The notes under the pieces were generated by a model that made no database searches, had not been told where the DNA came from, and was given only the letters and a program-made list of their open reading frames with translations. DNA of 64,000 bases from Lingula anatina. Taxonomy: Eukaryota; Animalia; Brachiopoda. Position numbers and translations under genes: made by a program. The stretch lies in the NCBI GenBank assembly GCA_051362555.1, contig CM120640.1:28172503-28236502 (forward strand), read 5' to 3'. Positions 38,644 to 49,943 of this stretch are shown in pieces; position 1 is the stretch's first letter; every line of letters begins with the position of its first letter.

Positions 38644-40336
38644 CTGAAAGTGAGAAATAGGCCTACTGTACTGGAGAAAACGGCGCACTTTCCTTGGAAC
38701 CCGCCATCGGTAGGTCATTGACAGTCTATCGTTTGATGCGGGTCTGGCTGACCGTTACAGTTGTCACTTTGCATCACCATTGTTTTTTTTTTTTTCATAC
38801 GCAATCACGGGTTCATGGCTGTATAGATACTTCAGGTATACAAAACATAAGTTCAAACAAACTCCAGTATGAACATTCCGGTAGATGTGAACAACACCAT
38901 TTATCTACTCCTAATGCTATCTACGTGTCCTTGGCAGATCCTGGATCTAATTGATCTCATCTTTGCACGTAAAAAATATCCCTTTCAGGTTATCAGGCAA
39001 TAAAAATATTAAGCCCTACGTAATTTCCTGCGAAAGCAAATGCGAATATTTGATGTCATCGAGTACGTTCATTTAAGAAATAATAAAAAAGATTGACAGC
39101 ACGCAACTGTAGACTGTATAATCTCAATGGACAGAAGTGATTATTGATATCCAAAACTTCTTAAATTTAGTTTTGCCAATAAAATATGTCTTTTTTATCC
39201 GTTAAATCGAACGTATTCAAAATTAGACAATTGGAGTCGAATTGTAAAAAAAGATCTAGATAGTTGTCCAGAGACATAGGCAAATCTCTCGATGATTCAT
39301 TAATTCATTTCAGTTCCGCCAGTCACGGTGGCCAACAAATTACGAGGCCGCGCTTTCAACAGCACGAGTTGTCATCGATATATTGATCGCCAGTGCAGAG
39401 TGGTGTGATTGCTCTGGACGATGGCAAAGTGAAAGTTAACTTATCTAAGGAAAAAAGACCATAGAAAGCCACAAGAAAATGCACTCTCCTTCCAAATATG
39501 AAATGTCACAAACAAATTCCGAGTCACTTTTTTATGTTTTTTCGCAAAGCTTACCTCAATCACGATCAATTGTCGCATGAACTTTTCTAATTTGTTTTGT
39601 TAATTATTGATCTTTGCACCCCGGATGCATTGATTTTGATTTCAATCGTTAACAGTCTAACCAGTCTACATGGAGATTTGATTGGAGATCGATTTTTATT
39701 CCTGCGCTACTGAATTTTCTCCCTTCACGGGATTGTTAAGTAATACGTAATCTTGCCTAAAATATACCGTTATACAAGCTAATTTGAATGTCACCGTGCT
39801 CGTTAGGGTTTTAACTCATACATCTACGCTTCCTGAGGGATATTTTGACAAAGACAAAAGTATTGTTTCTGCTAACATTTCTTTTTGACTTCTTTTTGTC
39901 ATATTTTCTGTGTATCCACATTAGACGCGGCCTGTGCCCCAGTGCTACAGGTTATTCTGTTTTCGCGAAAGCCGTGCGATACTAATGCCAATTTATGCGC
40001 AAAAACGTAAATAAAACATCCCCCTCCCTTTCTTATTTTTATTCTCTACTTTTCTTACAAGTTAAACTTTCTCTCTTTTTCAAGTTTTGTTCATAAAAAC
40101 CATCTAAAATTTGCTTGACACGTAGGCACACGGGAGTTGAAAAAACACAAGTCAACTGAAGAAAAGATCATGACAGATTCACGAGATGATCAAATTAAAG
40201 CTGGTTGTCTTTTCTACGTAGGTAGCCCCGACTGTAAGGGAGATTACCTGAAGTTAAGTTTAAGTTACAAATGCTCTCAGTTCATTCTAATATCCAGACG
40301 GTTTTGATTTGTTAAAGACAAAACAGAACAAAGGAG

Positions 40337-40630
40337 AACGAAGTAACAACACATTTTGATGTGCGATCAGTTAGTTTACAGTTGGTAAGTTATATGGTAT
40401 ACTACATAAATTAGCACAAGTAAAAGTTTAAAAGTACAATATATAGTCTGGTGAAGTAGTACATTGGCAAAAAAAGACAACGAAGTAGGCCTAATAATAC
40501 CTTCTGATGTGCGATCAGTTAGTTTACAGTTTTGAAGTTATATGGTGTAGCCTACGACATAAAATTAGAACAAGCAAAAATGTTAAAGTACAATATAATA
40601 TAGTCTGATAATGTGATACATTGAAAAAGA
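40337..40630. repeat. Tandem duplication, two diverged ~145-bp copies
   Basis: Both copies contain aacgaagta...tgatgtgcgatcagttagtttacagtt..aagttatatggt...aaattag.acaag...aaagtacaatat..agtctg...tacattg. Confidence 0.85.
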
Positions 40631-40798
40631 TATGATAAATTTAAAGTTATTAAGATCTTGACATGTCATACTGGATAGGATCATACACTGTAGGAGTAAA
40701 ACGCGAATCAAAAATAATCAATAGCTGAAATGTGCCTAAAAACACCCAAAAGTAAATGTTCCTAACATCCAATTACGAAATCAAATGGACAAACTTAC

Positions 40799-41060
40799 CA
40801 GTTTGAACTGTGAATTATATAGAACTTCCAATTTTCCCGAATTACGCCATTTTGACGTGTTCCTCTTCTCTTAGGTGTCTAGTGTGTCGGCGGGGTCGTT
40901 GTTTTTCTTCTGTTTTGCCCGTTACATGGCTCCAAAAAATCGAAGAGTGGTGCGATACGGGCTGCAAACTTCGACGCCCCGTTCACAGTCGGGATCGAAT
41001 CAATAATCCTATTTCGAAAGACCAAATATGTTGAAAAATGAATTGTATAGGGGCAGCTCA
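40799..41060 (-). promoter_or_regulatory. Putative first (non-coding) exon/promoter of Nav2, divergent from MOCS2
   Basis: CpG-rich segment ending in a strong donor tg|gtaagt on minus at 40798; the 5' boundary is approximate. Confidence 0.35.
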
Positions 41061-42108
41061 GTTGCAACAAAATCGATGGCAAAAGCTGAAATTGTTAAGA
41101 GAATATTGAACTTTATGGCATATTTTTATCAGACATAAAACAAGGGATCAATGAGATATATGACACGAATGCCTGTGACATGGAAGTATAAATGACTTGC
41201 GAACGACACGATTAATGTGTTCAATGCAGTGTGATGTTTTTACACAGAGCCTTTTTTATCGGGATGCAAAAATGCTTATTGAAAATAAAGCTGATGACGT
41301 ACATGTACATCGCTCATCAACTGTACGAGTCTGTTTGCGCCTTTTCATTCTAAACGAGGCTACAGGTAACATATTGATCATTCCCCGTTTCTTATTGAAT
41401 TAATCATTTATCATCGGAAAGGGCAAACACATGTCCCATTAATAGGTGCTTTGTAGGAACAAAGCAAATGGAGTAGAAGTATGAATGGTGTTAGATCACC
41501 GGACAGGCCTTTGAATCTTATTTACTAGGCCCTATATTCCAAAACGCGTGCACCCATTTTTTAAAATCAAATTTCCTAACTAAAGGTATGAAAAGTGAAC
41601 ATTAGTGAACATTGTTCTAATAAAACAGAATCTGAATGCATTTATGACAACAGTCCACGTCATATTTTCCTTTTATTTGGCCTAAGCTACTGCATAAAAT
41701 GTGTTACATTACGGGACCTGTCTTGGCCAAGAAATGACGTTTTTTCTATTCTTTTTCAAAAGAGCGCATAAGTGGATTGCCGTATAAAAGTTTTTGTTTA
41801 TATGACGCGGTTGGTCCTCTTAACATCTGGAGTTAAATATCGTCGATGACCTTCCTAAATTCCAGTTAAAAAGTTTAAAATGCACTTTTAAATCATAAAA
41901 CGAGTGAAATCTGACAAAATAAATAGAAAACGATAAAAGCGCCTCTTGTCACTACGCCATCTATGTCAAATTTTAATCGACATGCCGCTTGCCAAGATCA
42001 AAACAAACCGGCGTGACGGTGGTAGGAAGCATTCATTTATGAAGTAAAAGAGTATCAGATATAGAAAGTATAGTTAAAATTGGCTAGGTGAAGAAGGTAC
42101 TAATCAGC

Positions 42109-43765
42109 ATGTCTGATCACTTAAAAGTGACGGATGACCGCCTCTCTGTTGAAGAAATAACTGAGATTGTGACTTCCCCTTCATCTGGAGCAGTATCTGT
42201 TTTCATAGGTACATTCGATTGTCTTAATTACTTGTATTTGAAGTTTGCAGTGGCCGAACCAACCTTCTAGTGGATCTCGATAGTCCGAAGGTCATTGGTT
42301 CGATGGTTCATTGGTCCGAAAAATCGTAACATTTTCATCAATGTTTTTAATAATAAGGGTTTGTTGGTGCCGAGATTCTATATAGTGAACATTGGACTAA
42401 TGAACCCTCGGACTATTGTCATGCACCCGAATCTTATCTCACATTCCAAATATTCAACTGTTGCGTTGAATGAAGTGAGGTGTAATTTTCTGTAAAACAT
42501 AAAGTTTTCATTTGCGTCTGTGTACTACTTGCAGGGCAACGTGTATTTACTGGCACAGACTCTGTCACAGACTATAATTTGTACTGTAGTACCGCGGCCC
42601 ATTATGAAACTTATGCGTGGCATTAGTGCAGTTCTTTTTTAGATGAATTTAAAGTTTGCCCTTAAAATAATTGAATAATTGTTGTACAAAATACACGTAA
42701 ATCAAATTAAAAATAATTATCATTGTAACACGACTGCAATGCCCCATAGCATGATTATTTTTGATACAAAAAACTTTGCACTAAACTGTAAAATGTGAAA
42801 TTCACTTTCAGGGACAACACGAGATAACTTTAATGGCAAAAAAGTAAACAGGCTGGAATATGAAGCTTACATTCCAATGGCAGAGTCTGAAATGAAGAAG
42901 ATCTGCAAACAGATCAGAGAGAAATGGCCAGAAGTTGAGAACATAGGAATGCATCATAGACTAGGGTAGGCTTGACAGAGCTGTGGCACTGTTTGGGCTT
43001 CCCTCACACTGTTTTGAAACATAACTCCACGTGAAGGTTTTTAAACCTTAAAACGTAAATGTTGATATTTTATGATAAATTGTACATGCACTCAGATAAG
43101 CAAGGATGTAGATGTGTATGCATTTCACAAAATTTAAATTAAAACAAGAAATTTACAACCCTACAACACTAAGCTTGATATCTGCTAATTTCATCAACAA
43201 AAATTTAAACCATTTTATTGGTCTTTTCTAAATTAATTGTTAAATTTTTTTATTTGGCTTACATATTTCAGTCATTTGGCTGAAAGAAATTCTATCATGG
43301 AGTGAGTGCAGCATGTAAAAGTGTTTCTCTTTCAGTTATGTTCCAATAAAAGATGCCAGTGTGATAATAGCAGTGTCTTCACCACATAGGAAAGATGCTA
43401 TAGAGGCAACACAGTTTGGAATAGATACACTCAAAGCAACAGTTCCCATTTGGAAAAAGGTAAAATAAATTGTACCACTGGGATTTATTCCTGAAAGTAA
43501 TTGCATTATGATATAAACAGTTGTCTGTTCATGTGATTATGAACTTAGTACAGTTTATTCTTTTCGTGGCGTTTTCTGTCATGGGATCAAGTACATCTTT
43601 TAAGAAAAAGTTAAATTTAGCTTATCATTTTAACATTTTAAAAGGAGGTGAAGTTAATAAGGATTTGTGATTTTCTTTGTGAAATATTTGTAGGAATATT
43701 ATGAAGACGACTCCTCAGTTTGGAAAGAAAACAAGGAATGCTGCTTTGCTTCAAACCAGTCTTGA
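42109..43765 (+). CDS. MOCS2: Molybdopterin synthase catalytic (large) subunit MOCS2B/MoaE
   Basis: Exons 42109-42208, 42812-42965, 43336-43459, 43694-43765. Motifs [56 protein letters not shown]. Confidence 0.93.
42270..42430. mobile_element. Degenerate MITE-like element with ~15-bp subterminal repeats in inverted orientation
   Basis: Left units tagtccgaaggtcat, tggttcgatggttcat, tggtccgaa; right inverted units ttggactaatgaaccc, tcggactat. Confidence 0.5.
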
Positions 43766-44389
43766 CACAAACTTCTGGCATACATCTTGACTCTCAATCT
43801 GGAAATCCTCATTTGACTGATTCAGGTGTTATCTTATAAAACAAGAACATTATGTTCATATACTAGCCATTTTGATAACCAGAAAGAAATGTATAATTTT
43901 TAAATAGTTTTGTATTCTTAATGCCATATAATAAAACTTAATCAATGATGACACACTTTAACTCAGTTTTGAAACTGCTGATTATTACAAGGAACAACCA
44001 GGGAAACATGTATTGCTTAATCTTTTATTTTAAAAAATAAAAGCTAGTGCAGCAAGTTCTGAATCATTTACCATTACTGACACAGGACATGTCAGGATAA
44101 TGCCATTTTTGTTTTTTTTTAATCAATAGCAGAAGAAATGCTGGTTATAAACACCATCACATTATATTTTGAAGAGTCAGTCAGGACTCAGTAGTCAGCG
44201 ATATTTTTCAATATGGTGAAATCATACTGTAAACCAAAACAGTGTGTGGAAATCATATCAAGTTTACAGTTATCAGTTACTTTTTTAATAAAATTTTGTT
44301 CAGAATAGGAATGCTGCAATTTCTTTGCCACTGTGGCATCTCTCACTGGCATCACTTCAGTGCCCCTTGATCTGTGTTATGCCTTTGCC

Positions 44390-44959
44390 TTACTTCATGT
44401 GTGCATATTGGAGATAGGTTTGCAGTATAAAAATGGTGTCATCTAGCTGAAGTTCGCTGTGTTCTATCCTGAAACCAAAATATGTCTTCAATTTTTAATC
44501 TAAAACAAATATATAAAGTACAAACTAATTGATTTCTTTGCTCATATTGTAGATTAATTTTCAATTTTCCATTTTAAATACATTTTCAAGTCACCAATTT
44601 CCTTGTCATTTATATTCCATCTTATATTATTCTTTTGTATCTGACCCCTTAATTGAAAAGATACAAAACAGGTACAAAATATGCAAATTATATACTTGTT
44701 GGTCATGTGTTTTATTTTTGTAAGTTGAGCCTTTTCTGGTGGTGTAATCATCTGTTCTATCTCCTCTTTTTGTGAAGGATCTGCTCCGCTCTGTTCCATT
44801 GATGCAGTTATAGCATCTACCCTCTGTTGTTTGTCTAGTAACCGCCTAAGAACAAAACAATTATTACATCACAATATGACAATTCATAATTTATCCCAAG
44901 GTAACTGGTGCATTTTTCTAAAGCAGTGTTCATTAAAAAATATATATATATAAACCAGT

Positions 44960-45008
<49 letters not shown>

Positions 45009-48000
45009 TTGTTTAGAACAATCTATTATGTATAAATAGTATCCAAAACAAGTTCTTTTCAATTTTCCTTAACCAATTGAATGCACCTGAACTGACATGT
45101 AAATCAAAAATACCTTTAACTGTTTACTTACCGGTTTTCTTTTGTTTCATGTTCTCTGCGAATGATGAGATTTCCATATGCCTAGAATGAAATCAAATCA
45201 TCCTAAAGTCAAAACAAATGAGCTCAAGTTGTGATTATCTCAAACTTTGTCATGTTCTTTCAATGTGAGCTTATTCATGACTTAAAATTGCATAATTAAT
45301 TGGATTTTTATCAAAGGCGTGTCTAAATGTCATAATAAAAGATATAAAGGTTTGATCAAACCCATCTAGTTGTAATGCTGCAAACTGGTGGAATATTTTT
45401 AAATACCTGGTAACATCTTTCAAGGAGCATTCTGGAAACTTGATTAATATTGACAGAAAACAAATAGAATGTTCTTGAAGGAGCATGATCAGGGGTCTTT
45501 GGCACCTCCTAGAAATATGGTAATTTATGGATGAAATTTAACACAAAAAATATGTAAACTTTGCAAAATAAAATAGTACCAATTATCTCAAGAGTATCTT
45601 TCACAGAGTCACAGTGAAAAAAAAAAGCACTGTTATCTGTCTGTGACATATTACACTAAAACTTGTATCTATTTGACAGAAAAGAATGATAACAGTTGAG
45701 GAAAGCAATTAGAAATTTTTAAGCAACTGCTGGTAACTTACAGTTAAGGAGACAAACTTTTCTTCAAACATTCTGTATAATAGTTCCTTAGCTTCCTTGG
45801 ATGGAATCATTGCATACTCCTCAATCTAGCAAAAAAAATTCAAATTCAGTAAGAAAGGGATATTATAAAATTCCATTTTAGAGCAGAATATAGCAGTTTT
45901 AATTTTTCTTGTGTGCTTTTAAAAATAACTTTCCTAAAAGGTACATATTATGCACACATTTTATTATAATACCTGGATAGTTAAGGAGGACTTGAATGAA
46001 TACTTACCTGTTTCTGTTCCAAATTCTTCTTCATAAGCAATAAGCGGAATATCCTGTAACATTTTGACCCAAATCTGAAATTGAAAAAAAAATACAAATT
46101 ATTTTCTTATATTTTTTCCTTTGTCACATTACAAAATCCACTTTGTTTAGTTGAGGTGTTGATATTAAAGATAATAATGATGATATAACATGGAAAATAT
46201 CTGCACACACACACACACATACATAAAAATAATAAAAAAAGATAAAGAGAATGATTTATTCATGCTATTTTTTCTCTACTGTGAGATAAAATGATATTCC
46301 AGGTTGACCTTTACTTAAGTGGTATGAATCACATCAGTTTGATGAAAATAATTCACTTTTTTCATTAATAGCATTGAAAGGGATAGGATGCTGAAAATAA
46401 AAAATTATAAAGTTGCAAAAAAAAAAAAAATGCTGTTATTTGAAACTGAAATGTTTTTCTGTATTACTCTATGCTGGGTGGAAAGAACTACTGACTCAAG
46501 TGGTGGCAATATGTACAGACATACTGTGTTTGTACATAAAAATTTGAGTGGATGAAAATGCAGTCTATATTAAAAAAAAACTCAGAAATAAGTGCATTAT
46601 TGAAGTATTTTACCTTTCTTGCACAGCTGATTCTATATGTGCTCTGCACAGTACTGTTATTAGTTTTTTAAAATCTGTGATATATGGTTAAGGCTAAACA
46701 ATGGAATTTCACATTTCAAGCTATAAGAAGAAAGTACTTCAATATTTTAAACATGTTGATTGCAATGGTTGTGCAATGCAGATTTACAGCCATTGTCTCA
46801 TTTTTAAGTTTATTATTCAGTTTAAATATATATCACTCAAGTCTGATGCCACTATAAAGGATACTTATAACATACATGCCACCTCCACTGTCAGAAACCT
46901 TGCTTACAAATTCACTCTGAAAGTATTTGTATGTTGAGGAGCAAACATCTTAATATAAGTACTGACTGAAATGTTTGACGATAATTTTTAACATTCAAAA
47001 TTAAGTTCTTTTAAGTTATTTTAACAACTTAAATTACACATATTCATATTTTTTGTCAGAATATATTTTTCATTAAATAAATTGAGAAGGAAAAATATTT
47101 CTCTTTCATAAATAAAAAAATTACAAGTAAGTGGGATGCTTATTTCTAATTTCTTTTTTAAACAAGATTTCTTACAGAGTCCTCTGAGAGAAGCTTCATA
47201 TACTGTTCAATAGTCTGCTTTGAAATTCCAAATTCTCTGGGGAGATTCTGAAATACCTGTAACAAAGTAAAAAAAATCAATATGGAAAAACTAAAAGCCT
47301 ATTTCATTAATCCTTAAACATATATTCACAATGTTCATATTAATTAACTTAATGTAAAAGATAATCCAAAAAGTATCACAAACCTCAGTCACAGTCACAG
47401 CACTGGCAACCAATGCACCTTCATCAGTTTTTACTTCACTGAGTCTTAGCATTGCCCTGACCACCTCTGCTGCATTCTGAAACATAACAACCCAGACTAA
47501 GAGCAATGATTTTAAAACTTAAATTGAACATTTACATTATCACAACAATATATGCATTTATTCAAGAGGGGAGCTATCTTGTTATCAGACACTTTCACAG
47601 AGAGTGTTCAAATCTAAATCGTTAATTTAAAATAGTGATTATAAAATTTATAATAAATGCAGTAAGTTAAAATTTTTTCAAAAGTTTTAGCATTCTTTAT
47701 TGTTTTTTTCTTACTTTATCTATTTTGCTAGCCACTGCCTGGACTATGGCCTGATCTCGAAGATATTGATGGAAACGGCTGACATTGACTCTCCAAAAGA
47801 TACTAGACTCAGATGACTGAAAGTGAATAAACAAATAAATAAAATATATAAATAAATATAAATAATCAAAACAAAGTCAAATAACAAATGATCAAGTCAC
47901 TTTGATAATGTACTCAAAAAGACATGAAAACACACCTATGTTCAAAGAGCATTTAAGTATTTTAACATTTCATATTGGTTTACCTCTGACTCATCTGTTT

Positions 48001-49696
48001 TTATTCTTTTTGATGCTGCCTCAGAACCTTCCCCAGATCTCTTTCTTTTTCTAGATTCAAAACCTATTGAGCAAAGTTGGAAAAGATTTCATTCAATTGT
48101 TATGTTACTTCAATATTTTTTTAAAAAAATCCCCTTAACCTCAATTAAAACTTAATATTTCTATTTCTGTCACCACTGTTATGTCAAATGACAAACTTGC
48201 TTTGAAGAAAAATGATGGAATGCATAAATTGTCCGAGTAATACTCCTAGTACCTGTGCTTACCATCTAGCTCCATCTTTGGCACAACATACAGCTCTTCT
48301 GGTGAAACTGACAGGACTGGCATAGAAGCAACTTCTTTATTTTCTGCATTGCCATCAGGTGAGGTACACCTCTGTACAAAATGTGTCTGAACAAGGTTCA
48401 CAAACTTCTCTTTAACCAATGTTGAGGAAACATTTTGTTTACCTGAAATAAATATACACCAAACCCTGACCTACAGTTTAGAAAAAAACATTTTGTTATA
48501 CCACATCAGGTTGCATGTCTTATGTTAACAATGTGGCACAATGTTAACTTTCATTTACACAACATTGGTACAAACCTTCCATAGCTTCTGTCAATCTGTC
48601 AATTGTTCTCTGAACAACCTTTTCCAATGTCATCTGGCCATGTTGCAACAATTCTTCAATTATTAATTCTGCTGGGTCTCCATATAGTGTCTTTGCACAA
48701 TAAATATACCTTGGAAACCTTGTCTGCTGCAAGACCTTTTCAGCATGGATGACATACTCTATAAACCCCTTCTTATTCTGTTGGAAGGTTACTAGATTGT
48801 GCTGAATAAGTGTACAAAGTGCTTTCTTGACCTGGAAATAGTTTTTGAAATAAACTAAACCAAAGAAAAATGTTATGCTTTATAGTGATATTATTTAATG
48901 TAGTTTCAACTGCAGTGGATCTTTAGTTTTTAAGTATCATTATATCTCATTATACGTATGTAAATTATGTATGTAAGTATGTAAAAAATGTATGACCAAA
49001 GTATGTAAATTAGGCAATATATATGAGTTTTCATCTGTTATTCTAATTCTGTTTACGTTTTAAACATTTGTCAACTCTAGCACTTGGGTCTGAAAAATGA
49101 AGGCAGAATTAAGATGAAAATATTTTAGTATTGGCGTCCACTTCGGGCGAGGGGGTGACAGTGCGGGGACATAAAGAGATGACCCCTCACTGGGTACAAC
49201 TGTCAGTATTCACATTACTCAAATAATTTTCTATATATAAACACACACACACACACATGTGAAAATTAAGGGTGTAGACGGGGTAGGGGTTGTCAACTTG
49301 TCAGGAACGTGGCTATCTTCTTAACCGACCAAAGTGACTGAGGGGTCGTCTCTTTACGTATCCGCATCGTTGATCCCCCACCCGAAGTACGAATACTGAA
49401 ATGTTTTCAACTTTATTTCGCCTTTATCTTTCAGACCCGGACGCTAGAGTCAACAAATTTTAAAAACATAAACAAAAGCACTAGGTGCTGCTAATTAGGA
49501 TTACAGACGGCCAAAATAAACACGCATGCAAACGCATTCACTGTCTCACCTGGTCTAATTTAAGGCCAGAGTCTTGTGAGAGCATTCTCAATGGACAGTA
49601 ATTTTTCTTGGCAAGGCAGCAAGCAACGGAGGCCACAACCTCTCCATATCTTTCTTTTAAAATAAGAAAACATAAACGAGTTGCTGAGCTGGACAT
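44390..49696 (-). CDS. POLR3C: RNA polymerase III subunit RPC3 (RPC62)
   Basis: 15 exons: 49696-49550, 48831-48576, 48442-48263, 48063-47984, 47816-47715, 47476-47384, 47256-47176, 46916-46865, 46674-46614, 46074-46008, 45825-45742, 45508-45407, 45181-45132, 44845-44696, 44468-44390. Motifs VKKALCTLIQHNLV, RFPRYIY, SGGGMYVIN, VQERFGSKCYRIFRL, LEQKQIEEYAMIPSKEAK, EVPKTPDHAPSRTF. Confidence 0.93.
44963..45002. repeat. (TA)n microsatellite
   Basis: Direct reading. Confidence 0.95.
46675..46864 (-). other. U12-type (minor spliceosome) GT-AG intron in POLR3C
   Basis: Donor GTATCCTTT and branch site GCCTTAAC 12 nt before the end of the CAG acceptor, no polypyrimidine tract; splicing restores ...YVIN FKK... 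Confidence 0.9.
49058..49466. mobile_element. Old, diverged foldback element/MITE in POLR3C intron 1
   Basis: ~135-bp imperfect inverted arms (tttgtcaactctagcacttgggtctgaaa...cttcggg...taaagagatgacccctca versus tgaggggtcgtctctttac...cccgaagt...tttcagacccggacgctagagtcaacaaa) around a spacer containing (CA)n. Confidence 0.7.
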
Positions 49697-49943
49697 CGTG
49701 TGGATGCCAAGACCTGAAGTGCCTTGGAACACCCATTTGATGACAGGAAGTTCAGCTGACAAAAAAATGTTCGCAGATGGTCCTACATAATATACCACTT
49801 CATACCATACGAACACTAAATCATACTATTTCTTTAAAGAAAATATTTAATATTATTGTTTCATATTTTATTTAACTTCATGATGTCCCAGGAACCTTTG
49901 TTACCAACGAGCGCTATAATTTTATTTAAGTGAAAAGTCCAAT
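49697..49943. promoter_or_regulatory. Compact bidirectional promoter POLR3C/NUDT17
   Basis: Only 247 bp between the two divergent ATGs. ETS-like ACAGGAAGT at ~49743; YY1-like AATATGGCG overlapping the NUDT17 start codon. Confidence 0.7.
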
